A stretch of DNA of 64,000 bases, from positions 50,351 to 114,350 of IMG/VR virus record IMGVR_UViG_3300030330_006022; one strand, given 5' to 3'. This document shows, piece after piece, positions 20,801 to 30,200 of the stretch. The DNA comes from a virus (lineage: Duplodnaviria; Caudoviricetes). The position numbers and the translations under genes are program-made. Position 1 is the first letter of the stretch; every line of letters starts with the position of its first letter. The notes under the pieces are model-generated. The model saw only the letters and a program-made list of their open reading frames with translations, was not told the DNA's origin and did not search any database.

Positions 20801-23554
20801 AAAAGCCAATGGGATTATACTCACGATGAAGAAGAAAAAGTATTAGGAGTTTCTGCAACAAAAAACCAAAGAGTGGTGTTTCTAAACCCTGAAATATATG
20901 GTGGTAGTTATAAAAGACCAAAGATATATATAAAACCAGCACTTTATAGTGGAGTGTTGGGCGTTATGCAATATTTTGTACCTGAGCCTGATGGATGTGA
21001 ACCAACTAATGAAATAAAATTGTTTACTTCTGATATAAAAAAAGAAATTCTCACTATGGAAAAAAAGCTAACACGCGATAAAAGAATGAACTTTGATCCA
21101 AATTGCGTAAAAGAAGCTGCTTTTGATTTGATCGCGGACAGCTCTAGTCATGCTTATATGCATGGGTCTGTTAAGTTAACAATAAGAACTTATATACTTG
21201 AATTGTTTTTAAGATCTTTGCCGATATTTTTACAAATTAATCTGTCTGAGAAAAACTTTGATGATGTTTTTAATTCGTTTATTTTTAAAAGAATGAAAGC
21301 TGGATTACTTGAAACACCTGAAAATTTTAGTTTTAGAAAATACAGTAAAATAAAATACTGGTACTTGTTCTTAGAACAAATGGTACAGTCTGTTGAAAGA
21401 GAGGTGCTATTAGGTTCAATATATAAAGATGATAATTTGGATGAACTCTTTAAAAGAATAAGAGAGATAAGAAAAAATTATTACGAACCAGATAGAAGTG
21501 ATTGGAAAATATTGAAAAAAATAAAAAAAATAAAACTGGTAAAGGCTGGTCCAAAAGGAACAGACGATCAATATAAAGAATCAATAAACGGTAGACAATA
21601 CAAATTAAGCAGCCTTAGGGACTATGATGTGAGGTTTGAGTTTAAAGATGGTGTTGAGTATAATAAATTTGACAACAAATATAAAACTTTGCTAAAGAAA
21701 ATGGTAAAATCAGTTATACTTATTGGTCTTGGTGAAGATGGCGAGAGATATGTACAGTCAACAAATGAGTATATAAATTTTAGTGTTTGGACTATGGGTT
21801 TTAAAGAATTTAAAAATGTTTTTAGAATTTATTCAATATATCTAAACGAAGACACAGCAGAAAAAATATCTTATTATCTAATAGCTCAAGAACTAAAATC
21901 ATATATAAACCGCTTTAAAGATGATTTAATTTCTGGTTCTATGGAAGCACCTCAAGTGTTTGATATTAAAAAGTATGTACTGAACCCAGAATCAGGCCTA
22001 TCAATAGGACCAGACATATTAATAGGCACAAGAGATGCAGAGCTAACCTCAACATCTATTGAGGGATATGGAGATGTTAACGATTATACAACATTTGGAG
22101 AGAATGAGGTTTTAACAATTAACAACGCAAGTGGTTGTAGTTTTTCAACACAACAAAGAATAATAAAGTTTTTAAACAAACAAAGCGACGATTCACATGG
22201 CTATTTTATAGTTCAAAAATATGTTCTTATAACATCTGTAAAGACCCAACCACTAGGATCACCTGAAAGAATAATATACGACACTTTTAAATCATTAGAA
22301 GGTAAAAGAATATCAATAGCAAAGTTTCAAGAAAAAGTATTTAGTATAATATCATCAGGTATAACTTTTGGAAATACAGCTTCTATATCTGATTATTTCG
22401 GTGACGCTTCTCTAGATGATTCTGGAAGTGGTTACTCTGGATCTATAGGTATAAAGTTTGGTGTAAGATTGGCCTATATTAGAAATGATTTACCAGTAAG
22501 TGGTAGTAGAAAAGTTAGTGGCACAGGACTAGGTGCATTTGCACCAATCACAGTTCAGGCTGCTAATGCTGTGTTTGGTAGTGCAACTGGAAAAGTTATG
22601 CCAATAGAATTGTTAAATCATGAAGCTGATGTAGCTGATTTTCCAATGCAGGAGTTTTTGTACCAAAGGTGTTCACAAAATAATATAAGTGAAGATATTA
22701 AATGTTATTTAGATAGAATGTGTGAGAAAGAAGAGTTTGACTTTTTAATGGAATTTTGCTTTCCATTTAAAAGAGTCATATCTTTAATTATGATCAATGC
22801 TTACTATGGCTATGTGGAATCAATAGGAAAAGGAGAAGGAGAAAGATATCGTGGAGCTGAAGAGCCATATCATGACTGGAAGTACAAAATACTTCAACAA
22901 ACAAAAGAACAACTAAGAACAATGTTTTCTAGACATTATAAAGCTAGGGATATTAATATTAGTGAAAGAAGAAAACGCTCAGCAGATTGGTTGAAAGCAA
23001 ATATACCTGATGTTAACATTAATATTGATAGGCTGTCTGTAAAATGGTGGCAATTAATGAGGTTGCATGATAGGCCATATAATAAATATGGTGATGCTTG
23101 TATAGATGGAGCACTTGGTTCATTTAATCAAAACCTACCACCAGCACCAGTATCTCCTGACAACAAAGAATCAGGCGTATCAGTATCAGGTCTTACTTTT
23201 TCTGGAGGTAATACAGCGTTTAGAACTTCAACTCCTGAACCATGTGATTTGGGTAAAGTTCAAAACGGAAAACTAGGGCAACTAATAGCTGCTGAAAAAT
23301 CTTTAAAAACAGCAGGTATTGCAAAAAATTCAACTAAGAAACCACTGTTTTCTCGCGAATCTAGAAACAAAGTAGTGAAACAAATAAGAAAAAGCCCAAA
23401 TGGAAATACTAAAAAAATTAAAGAGATACCAATTAAATCAGCTCCTAGAAGAGTAGAGAAGATAACAACCTCGACATCCAAGGGTGTTAGAAATAAAATG
23501 AAGAATAATAAAACTAAAAAAGTTGGAAATCCAAAAAATTTTAGTAAAAAATAA
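14825..23554 (+). CDS. Giant hypothetical virion-associated protein (2909 aa)
   Basis: Uninterrupted 8.7 kb ORF with GAGGA RBS inside the baseplate module; central coiled coil, a hydrophobic helix and a Lys-rich C-terminus. Confidence 0.75.
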   Translation: MPAKYQSINRIKKNKLIIKANNTDNNSELYFWIKVRVTESDPIGDDIIYVKNIPWPFDIEAKLYKRGRLTNNVKFNKVTYSSTDKKLTIKFETSGEKSKNREKHAHFLKKFRNLKMTEDSGNKKGIQRYRIILQNAASSDIRNYIEENYTNFDSFQIIGGFVEKGTWKPNSALKNDEDKSKGDLISTFVSELEYESINVPPEAKPKSKVERKEFLSNLGVKKKTPTIHAPGPVFGHKPKIKALSNSDGCTPTELSDPDGKASEFFELYEEVCAPLPDDDDILENYPDDIFVKACPTCVPNLSATPLEWWIEENLPRDRGEPFEGFRYGQVWLNEKLCEYKVVLRDLETYSLGGFNEYTNFNNRQVVIDRMSHARRAGIQLILEETGKAVTDNIICANLPNISTADRDDCISIPSDIEIETYKINLQFPPQIQVIKQNIDTDQNDGTYMTLYGVSSSVEFQQYLLNPKALEIYSKSEIYAYKTATAQYAKQLNPCYVISVPANLINMQSDDLVSEANEKFEEQSEDPDNKEVEGLNSVVIRGTELNNIFKIDLPNIFEIFGEYQANFLYFQNGTLRIETLGGGSKKFYLFQYPQKFKQFYADIKNLLENNGFRLRNKDDGFKHAYEIKIRVDDEFKIKKVKAKYIGCPWKTCRRGLKAFKNKYANETTLISYVIKSETMQKNIGNELPPWLDYIIEYTYPRLLVSYGNTDREVNFESCLNSDNKDPNDPGSMVNLDVDEFLEDFLLSLVSSFSGALQYSLNSLNCRTLAEYSPLGYEKLFEPLTQMGQHPDVVQTIADYGAFNQGLDDVIGIKSKTKKTYKKLMKGAGSFEFNFFQRLTGVTTKEYVKEFRSNAGEAIGELFTKMRPCDWEKILLDLLRCLMKGLNANTALKKIAKALMGDLDPVSFARVFKGLPPEVQLEVQEDIVNALKRIPWFAEQYEEFNIEDFVALSNNKTKENANSYEEERDKLENPPETQQADPSNADKIQNERDNKEKKQAEIESLMIDYEEQLEINEMFFVIESELVELRDKDADLLTQILDYRVLVSETGGELESYEQSYIDELERQHEEVKAARILKQEQYDLWKNVVYVDEENTELVSDLMLYSIESIKQSINSSNLALLEELTKDYSPNAYEKATREIITIIGEAYIDLIVEKLNIVQLQNLVDSLPGSDLFVSVFKAALCPHKEIFDVWSKAAWAGMEINPCKSTSWKIPPIPEIPKLNLLYILNFLKEQFLLALVRAIVAVLISYFMKSLQLLLDKLCDILSGAMGALFNNSGEGTLFDAVAEAFCDDLFDTDGSGGAPQDDSGVNTVIDALKQNSNYCPPNKEVNKEVVYKWGLAISEQVPLEFWQKLMTEGGIAAEDPLMQLVWEITKQFPEMECYFQDISDLLSFFNILKSYLPEGTAIQIEDTLNTLEYNSTGNELCKMFCSDFNTGLEDDLPDYPFDVDTSEVSQTFEDLLDAFYGGPDSALEDLLRDIADDPFSAAAYCDDIRNANDIGEDNLSGKQPLVPPEPQELTELREEIVDSVFSNLEVAYNNDMIIDFDSFFNNLLADKDNKKLTKGELFDPSHEFREKTNLLFPNSANNANEHELMWYRGGFIKKFFMRVNSVLGDPSSGEQSQASADLDDVEVEDEEGDEGGILKKAIAKAKELIQKFQDAFAEKFGFNGPIKTLFMIFKLDFPIARNLFPRTVGINYLESLQDNKPKYVLKKLPYDKEEIWYGFDIEEIDLKSNPSANVTNREYLQKDDDIHIYYDSPEGYRVETGFSSNYIPDPESPNFYASCYVEYDQSAEPPGSSNLTDQDDEGNEVAVFPGLFGGNPNSTKIREPVFSAVVPIDTSYYQKTYETYVEGYTQNSLNSHFRQSGFFTKKEQLQSYAFKKYITYKIHEEAGIPTDHLKFSTIHPSTDSLYATLYNSNSDLRFNDDYGSLLFYDRVAQDAISVFMKTVLGSGTYRVGNSIQPPNAFRFGYSSEHRLDGDDLTYVDPDKAGRNKKSQWDYTHDEEEKVLGVSATKNQRVVFLNPEIYGGSYKRPKIYIKPALYSGVLGVMQYFVPEPDGCEPTNEIKLFTSDIKKEILTMEKKLTRDKRMNFDPNCVKEAAFDLIADSSSHAYMHGSVKLTIRTYILELFLRSLPIFLQINLSEKNFDDVFNSFIFKRMKAGLLETPENFSFRKYSKIKYWYLFLEQMVQSVEREVLLGSIYKDDNLDELFKRIREIRKNYYEPDRSDWKILKKIKKIKLVKAGPKGTDDQYKESINGRQYKLSSLRDYDVRFEFKDGVEYNKFDNKYKTLLKKMVKSVILIGLGEDGERYVQSTNEYINFSVWTMGFKEFKNVFRIYSIYLNEDTAEKISYYLIAQELKSYINRFKDDLISGSMEAPQVFDIKKYVLNPESGLSIGPDILIGTRDAELTSTSIEGYGDVNDYTTFGENEVLTINNASGCSFSTQQRIIKFLNKQSDDSHGYFIVQKYVLITSVKTQPLGSPERIIYDTFKSLEGKRISIAKFQEKVFSIISSGITFGNTASISDYFGDASLDDSGSGYSGSIGIKFGVRLAYIRNDLPVSGSRKVSGTGLGAFAPITVQAANAVFGSATGKVMPIELLNHEADVADFPMQEFLYQRCSQNNISEDIKCYLDRMCEKEEFDFLMEFCFPFKRVISLIMINAYYGYVESIGKGEGERYRGAEEPYHDWKYKILQQTKEQLRTMFSRHYKARDINISERRKRSADWLKANIPDVNINIDRLSVKWWQLMRLHDRPYNKYGDACIDGALGSFNQNLPPAPVSPDNKESGVSVSGLTFSGGNTAFRTSTPEPCDLGKVQNGKLGQLIAAEKSLKTAGIAKNSTKKPLFSRESRNKVVKQIRKSPNGNTKKIKEIPIKSAPRRVEKITTSTSKGVRNKMKNNKTKKVGNPKNFSKK

Positions 23555-23581
23555 TAATTAAAAAAGAGAGGGAGTGGATAG

Positions 23582-24001
23582 ATGAGCACTAAAGAATATT
23601 TTCAAATATCAATACCAAAAGATATAACCGTAGAAATACCACTGAATTTTGATTCAGATAAACCAGGATTTACTAGACTGTCTGAGGAACAAATTAAAGA
23701 TGTAATTAACTACAATATTAAATCTATAATATTAACTTCTCCTGGGGAACGATTCGACTCCAGCTTTGGCGTGGGACTAAGAAGCTATCTTTTTGAAAAC
23801 AATCTTTCTAACACAAGAGGACAAATAAAAAGTTCAATATCAAGACAAATATCTAGGTATATGCCATGGCTATCAAATTTTGATGTTTCTGTCTCAACTT
23901 TTAGCGAGGGTCAAGCAATTAACATATCTATAAAATATGAACTAAGAAACCCATCTATAATTGAAAATTATGATATGTCTCTTTCTCTGACAGATTTATA
24001 G
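23582..24001 (+). CDS. Baseplate wedge protein, gp25/GPW family
   Basis: IILTSPGERF...FGVGLRSYLFE and I..YMPW motifs. Confidence 0.88.
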   Translation: MSTKEYFQISIPKDITVEIPLNFDSDKPGFTRLSEEQIKDVINYNIKSIILTSPGERFDSSFGVGLRSYLFENNLSNTRGQIKSSISRQISRYMPWLSNFDVSVSTFSEGQAINISIKYELRNPSIIENYDMSLSLTDL

Positions 24002-24017
24002 TTTTTACTACAATAAT

Positions 24018-24024
24018 CTATTTA
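24018..24024 (+). promoter_or_regulatory. Putative late promoter CTATTTA
   Basis: Intergenic, 18 nt before the gp6-like ATG; recurs in other gene gaps. Confidence 0.6.
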
Positions 24025-24042
24025 CTCTGTGAGGGTTATAAG

Positions 24043-25848
24043 ATGCCAAAACAAAAGAATGTACCTATAAAATATACTAGTAGAGATTTTACTACTATAA
24101 AACAAGACTTAATTGAACACGCCAAAAGATATTACCCAGATGATTATAATGATTTTTCTGAGGCTTCTTTTGGATCTTTAGTGTTTGACACTGTTGCCTA
24201 TGTCGGTGACGTATTATCATACTATGTTGACTATTCAGTTAATGAAAGTTTTTTAGATTCTGCTCTAGAATTTTCTAATATTAGAAAGCATGCTAAAAAT
24301 TTAGGTTATAGATTTACTGGTGTTCCCGTAGCTGAGGGAATTATGGCTTTTTTTATTAGAGTTCCGTCTATTGTTGAGGGTAATGCTCCTGATACTGATT
24401 ATCTTCCAATTTTAAAAAAAGGATCAGAGTTTGCTTCAGGTAATGGCTCAACATTTACGCTTCTTGAAGATGTAAACTTTGGTGCCCCTGAGAATGATTT
24501 TATAGGAGCTACGTTTACACAAGATGGTGGAACACAAGAGTTTGCTGTAAGGGCATATGGGATGGTAAGTTCAGGAAAAGTTTTATCCACAGATATTGAT
24601 TTGACTAGTGCAACATTTGAAAAATTCAGAAAAGTTAGAGTTGATGATGGATCTGTTACCGAAATAATGAAAGTTGAAGACTCAGAAGGAAACATATTTT
24701 ATGAAGTTGACTACCTAAGTCAAGAAACTGTTTTTATTGAAACTACAAATCAAAGTGCCATGTCCGATGGAGTACGTTCAATAATCAAACCATTTGTAAC
24801 TGCTAGAAGATTCACAGTTTTTCAAGAGAATAACAGTACTTTTTTACAATTTGGTTTTGGAAGTGACAATGATGATGACTCTGGCCTTGCTGATCCTTCA
24901 AAAGTAGCAATAAAAATGCATGCTAAAGACCACATAACCCACACTGCTATTGATCCTACAAAATTATTAGGCACTGATAAGCTTGGAATATCACCTCAAG
25001 GTACGATCTTAACAATAACTTATAAGAAAAACGATAGAGCTAATCCTTCATCTGCTGCTAATACTATTAAAACAGTTGTAAAAGCAGATTTTAAATTTAT
25101 GAACGAACAAAATTTAATACCAGCAACAGTCGTAACAGTTAGAAATAGTTTAGAGTGTTCAAATGAAAAACCAATGGTTGCACCACAACTATCTGTCACT
25201 AGCGATGAGTTAAAAATTAGATCGAGAAACTTTTTTGCAACTCAAAATAGAGCTGTGACTAAACAAGATTATGAAGCAATAGCCTACAATATGCCAAATA
25301 AGTTTGGTAGTTTAAAGAGAGTAAACATTGTCAACAATCCTTTCGCTACAAATAAAGAGTTAATTATGTACGTTGTATCTGAAAACAATGAAGGTCTTTT
25401 AACACAAACTGAAAGTATTACGAAACAAAATCTAAAGTCTTGGCTAGAACAATACAGTTCTATTAATGATATAGTAAAAATTAATGATGCTAAAATAATA
25501 AACTTCGCTATAGATTTCGAGGTAAAAACAGATAACAGGTATGATACTACCGGTGTTTTAGCTGATGCTGTTGATAGAATTAAATTTAAATACAGCGAAA
25601 AATTTTATATTGGAGAGCCAATATATATAAATGATATTTTCAACATTCTTTCAAAAACAGAAGGTGTGATTGATGTGGTGAAAGTAAAAATATTAAACAA
25701 ATCTTCAAACGACGGTCCAGGTTATAGTTCTATACCATTTATTATGGATGATGTTATAAGTAATGATGCTACATATTACAAAGCTCCAAAAAATGTTCTT
25801 TTTGAATTAAGATACCCAGACCAAGATATTACAGGAAAAGCTTCATAA
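24043..25848 (+). CDS. Baseplate wedge protein, T4 gp6/P2 gpJ-like
   Basis: YTSRDF..IK..L, DFSEASFG, ESFLDSA, LGY, FGFG and TQNRAVTKQDYE motifs. Confidence 0.9.
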   Translation: MPKQKNVPIKYTSRDFTTIKQDLIEHAKRYYPDDYNDFSEASFGSLVFDTVAYVGDVLSYYVDYSVNESFLDSALEFSNIRKHAKNLGYRFTGVPVAEGIMAFFIRVPSIVEGNAPDTDYLPILKKGSEFASGNGSTFTLLEDVNFGAPENDFIGATFTQDGGTQEFAVRAYGMVSSGKVLSTDIDLTSATFEKFRKVRVDDGSVTEIMKVEDSEGNIFYEVDYLSQETVFIETTNQSAMSDGVRSIIKPFVTARRFTVFQENNSTFLQFGFGSDNDDDSGLADPSKVAIKMHAKDHITHTAIDPTKLLGTDKLGISPQGTILTITYKKNDRANPSSAANTIKTVVKADFKFMNEQNLIPATVVTVRNSLECSNEKPMVAPQLSVTSDELKIRSRNFFATQNRAVTKQDYEAIAYNMPNKFGSLKRVNIVNNPFATNKELIMYVVSENNEGLLTQTESITKQNLKSWLEQYSSINDIVKINDAKIINFAIDFEVKTDNRYDTTGVLADAVDRIKFKYSEKFYIGEPIYINDIFNILSKTEGVIDVVKVKILNKSSNDGPGYSSIPFIMDDVISNDATYYKAPKNVLFELRYPDQDITGKAS

Positions 25849-27296
25849 TGACTATAAAAAGATATTTTGCTACGGCAGATAATACAATTTCTAACGCTTT
25901 TGATCAATCTCTATTAACTACGAATAGAGCAACTGGTTCAAATATGGGAGAAGCAGACATACTTGAAGTGTTTCAAATATACGCCCAGTCTTCCTCCTCT
26001 TCTGGTCTTTCTAGTGAACTCTCTAGAGTATTAGTTCAATTTGACACCTCTGCAATTAGTACTGACAGAAGTAGTGGTGCTATTCCTGCTTCTGGTTCTG
26101 TATCTTTTTTTCTTAAACTTTACAATGCTCGTCACGCTTCAACGCTACCAGAAAACTATTCTATGACTATTTCTGCTGTTTCACAATCATGGCAAGAAGG
26201 TAATGGCTTAGACATGGTAAACTATACTGATAAAACATATGATTTAACTGGGTCTAATTGGGTTCGTAGAGGCTCAATGGGTGAATGGAATGTTACTGGT
26301 GGTACATATCATGCTTCCCCAACATACACAGCTACATTTAATGAAGGTTACGAAGACTTAGAAGTTGACGTTACCACATTAGTTGAGCAGTGGGTTAATA
26401 GTGAAGGTAATGTTTTAGGTTCAAAAGACAACTATGGATTTGGAATCAGATTGTCAGATTCTTTTGAATCAGCCCTTAAGTCGTTTTATACGAAGAAATT
26501 TTTTGCTCGCGGGTCAGAGTTTTACTACAAAAGACCTGTTCTTGAAGCTAGATGGGATGGCTCTGTGAAAGATGATAGAAGCTATTTTTTTGCTTCTTCT
26601 TCACTAGCACCCGCTGCTGATAACTTAAATACGTTATATCTATATAATAGTATTAGAGGTGTTTTAAGAAACATTCCTGCCGTTGGGACTAGTGATATTG
26701 AAGTTTCGCTTTACGACTCAGCTGGAGGATCACAAATAGGATCTACTTTCACTGGTTCTCATGTTTCTACTGGTATATATAAATGTCAAGTCTTTGCTGA
26801 CACTGCTGAAACTTCAATTGTAGATGTGTGGCATTCTGGTGGTGTTGAGTATCACACAGGATCAATTACAGTTAATCCTTTTTCTACAAACATATACAAC
26901 CCATCAGATCGTTATATACTTAATATTTCAAATTTAAAAGAATATTATGGACCTAATGAGACTGCAAGGTTTAAACTTTATGTAAGACCGAGAAATTGGT
27001 CACCAAATATATATACTGTCGCCAAATCAGCACCTCAAACTACGACAATATCAAGTGCTTCGTATGAAATATGTAGAGCATATGATAATTATCCCGTTAT
27101 TCCATTTGGAACTGGCTCTACCAATCACACAATGTTATCTTATAACGTATCAGGTAACTATTTTGATTTAGATATGTCAATATTTGAAACCGATCAAATG
27201 TATACAATTAAGTTTGCTTTTTATGATGATGGTGTAGGGTCTTGGAATGAACAGTCATATAAATTTAATTTTAAAGTGAGAAGCGATGTCTATTAA
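25848..27296 (+). CDS. Virion protein with a DNRLRE/CBM96-like domain
   Basis: ADNTI, SRVLVQFD, LKLY, SWQEG, DVTTLVEQW, NYGF and RPVLE pattern. Confidence 0.7.
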   Translation: MTIKRYFATADNTISNAFDQSLLTTNRATGSNMGEADILEVFQIYAQSSSSSGLSSELSRVLVQFDTSAISTDRSSGAIPASGSVSFFLKLYNARHASTLPENYSMTISAVSQSWQEGNGLDMVNYTDKTYDLTGSNWVRRGSMGEWNVTGGTYHASPTYTATFNEGYEDLEVDVTTLVEQWVNSEGNVLGSKDNYGFGIRLSDSFESALKSFYTKKFFARGSEFYYKRPVLEARWDGSVKDDRSYFFASSSLAPAADNLNTLYLYNSIRGVLRNIPAVGTSDIEVSLYDSAGGSQIGSTFTGSHVSTGIYKCQVFADTAETSIVDVWHSGGVEYHTGSITVNPFSTNIYNPSDRYILNISNLKEYYGPNETARFKLYVRPRNWSPNIYTVAKSAPQTTTISSASYEICRAYDNYPVIPFGTGSTNHTMLSYNVSGNYFDLDMSIFETDQMYTIKFAFYDDGVGSWNEQSYKFNFKVRSDVY

Positions 27297-30200
27297 AGAT
27301 TTATTCAATAAAAAAATTGTTACACAAAACACGATAACAGAATTAACAAATAGTGTAGAATCAATAGAGCTTGTTAAAGAAGTGGAAAAAAGAAACAGGA
27401 CTTTTTTTCCAAATCTAGATTTTGCCGACCCTGCTTCGTTTGTTCATTTCGGCTCAGCAAAAGAATACTACACTTCTGCAATAAAAAGAATATATTCATC
27501 TTTTCCTTATGATGGATCTGAAACAGAAAAATTAAAGTTTAAAAATAATTCCACTTATCTTGATCAATGGATGTTAGAAAATAAATACCCTAGATCCACT
27601 GGGTATGCTTTGTTTTCTGCTAACGGATGGGGAACTGGTACAACTATTAATGATGAAGACGGAGTAGCACAATATGGCCTTCCTGATTCCATAGAATACA
27701 TTTATTCAGCTGGAGGAACTCATTCTGCTTCTATAGAACAACACACAGAATCTGCTAATGTAATTACTGAAGGTTTAGCAAAAGCTTTTGAAAAAGCAGT
27801 TATATATGATACCAATAAAAACAGAACAACCAGTTTTAGAATGAAAATGGATGATGGTATTAGTATACAGTTTTGGTTAAAAAAGGAAGCCTTTGATATA
27901 TCTAAAACTAAAAAGGAAGTAATTTTAGATTTATGGAATGGTAACGCTTCTGATTCTGCTGACTATGGTAGACTTACTTTGGAAATATCTGGAGCTGCTG
28001 CTAATGAATCCTCAATTTATTTAACTTTGTATTCTGGTTCATCTGGTATAACAAGACAAGCCATATGCACCACAGATTATGATTCTGGTTCTTTGGCAAA
28101 TGGTGCTTGGACTCATCACTCTGTTACAGCTAGAGCAGCAAGTCAAAAACTTTTTGTAAAATATTATAAAGATGGACTAATCAATAGTTCTTCTGTTTTT
28201 GCAACTAGTTTGACTTTGGGAGAAATACCTGGTAGAATTAATGGATACATTGGTAGTCTACAGACATCTGCTCATGGTGACGCGTATCGTGACTCTGGGA
28301 ACATGGTAGGTGCTGGTAAACTTTCAGCCTCCATGGATGATTTTAGGTTTTGGAAAAAAGCACTAACAAGTGAATATATCTATAACACTTGGTATTGGCC
28401 CATTGGTGGAGGTGTAAACACAGACGACTATAGAACTGATTTGGGGATCTATTATAAATTCAATGAAGGAATAATGAACAACCCTTCATATGACTCAATA
28501 GTATTAGATTACTCTGGTAGAATAGCCAATGGTATATGGTATGGCTATGATAGCTATTCAAGATCTACAGGATCTGCGTTTACAGAGACAGAACCTGGTG
28601 ATCCAATTATAAGATCAGGTCATCCTTTGATTTCTAGTTTAATAACAGAAATGGAAGCAAGTGGTTCTTTATATGATGAAACAAACACTTCTAACATATA
28701 CGATTCCATTCCCGCTTGGTTAAGAGAAGAAGATGAAGAAAATAATAATATAAAATACTTGTACCAAATACTCTCTTCATATTTAGACACACTATATACT
28801 CAAATTTCTGAAATACCAAAGTTAAAAGATAAAGACTATTTTTCAGGATCTTCTGAGCCGTATTTCTTTATGGAAAGATTATTGAAAGATCAAGGTCTAA
28901 TAACTCCCAATGCATTTGTAGAAGGAGATGTCCTAGAATATTTTTGGGATAGAAATAACACAGGTGACAGATTTGAAAAAAATATAGAAAACACAAAAAG
29001 AAAAATCTATAATAACATTTACAACAATTTAGAATACATATACAAAACAAAAGGAACAGAAAAATCATTTAGAAATCTTTTGCGCTGTTATGGTATTGAT
29101 GACGAGTTGGTAAAACTAAATGTTTACACTGATAATGGTAAGCATTATATAAAAGATAGATATAAAGACACCTCAGTAAAGACAAAGGTGTTAAATTTAA
29201 ATAAAAAAAGCAGAACAGCAGGTAGAATTATACAAACTTCTTCGAGTGCTAATACGCTTACTTTTATATCTGGCTCTGGTGAGGAAATAAAACAAGAAAA
29301 ATTTTCTGCTTTTTCGTTAGAAGGCGGAGTTATATTTCCACAGAAAAAAGATTTTGGAGAAACAGGATACTATGAAGTAACCAGTCTATCCTCTTCTTTG
29401 TTTGGCTTTCACCAAGCTAATCCAGACGACCCTTCAGATTATACTTGGCACAGTAATGATGTAGCAAATTTACAAGTATATGCTGTAAAGCCAAGTATTT
29501 TTTCTACTTCAGCTAAATTTGTTGTTACTAATTATGATGCTAGTATTCGTTTTGAAACTGATTTTTATGAAGATGTCTACGATGCACAGAGATGGAACTT
29601 TCAATTATCTATTAAACCAAATGGATACCCAAATGCTGGAGCATATTCACAAGATGAAGAGCCGCAATACACTGCTAGGTTATATGGTATAACCCATCAA
29701 TTTGGGGACGTTAAACATCAATTTGAGATCACTTCTCCTGTTAATTTTACAATAGGTTCAGCTATTTTGTCAAATGCTAAAAGGGTTTACCTTGGTTGCC
29801 ACGCAACAAACTTTACTGGGTCTTCACACATAGAAACAGATGTAGTGTTTGATTCTCTGAGAGTTTGGATGGATGAGTTAAATAATGAGTCTATAAAAAT
29901 TCATAACTTGGATGCTTCTAACTATGGTCATGACAAAGTCTACAACAATACTACAATATTTAATTATGGAATATCAAGTTCCATTGAGATTCCTGGCTAT
30001 GATTCTCTAATTTTACACTGGAATTTTGATCAAAACTCTTCAGCAGATTCTTCAGGAGAGTTTGTAGTTAAGGATTTTTCAAGTGGCTCCGTGGACACGT
30101 TTGCGACAGCAAAAATAGTTATACAAGACGCAGGGGGAATATCACATGGTGACACATTTGGACTTGTTGATAGCGCAGGAACAGTAATTGAATATTTAGT

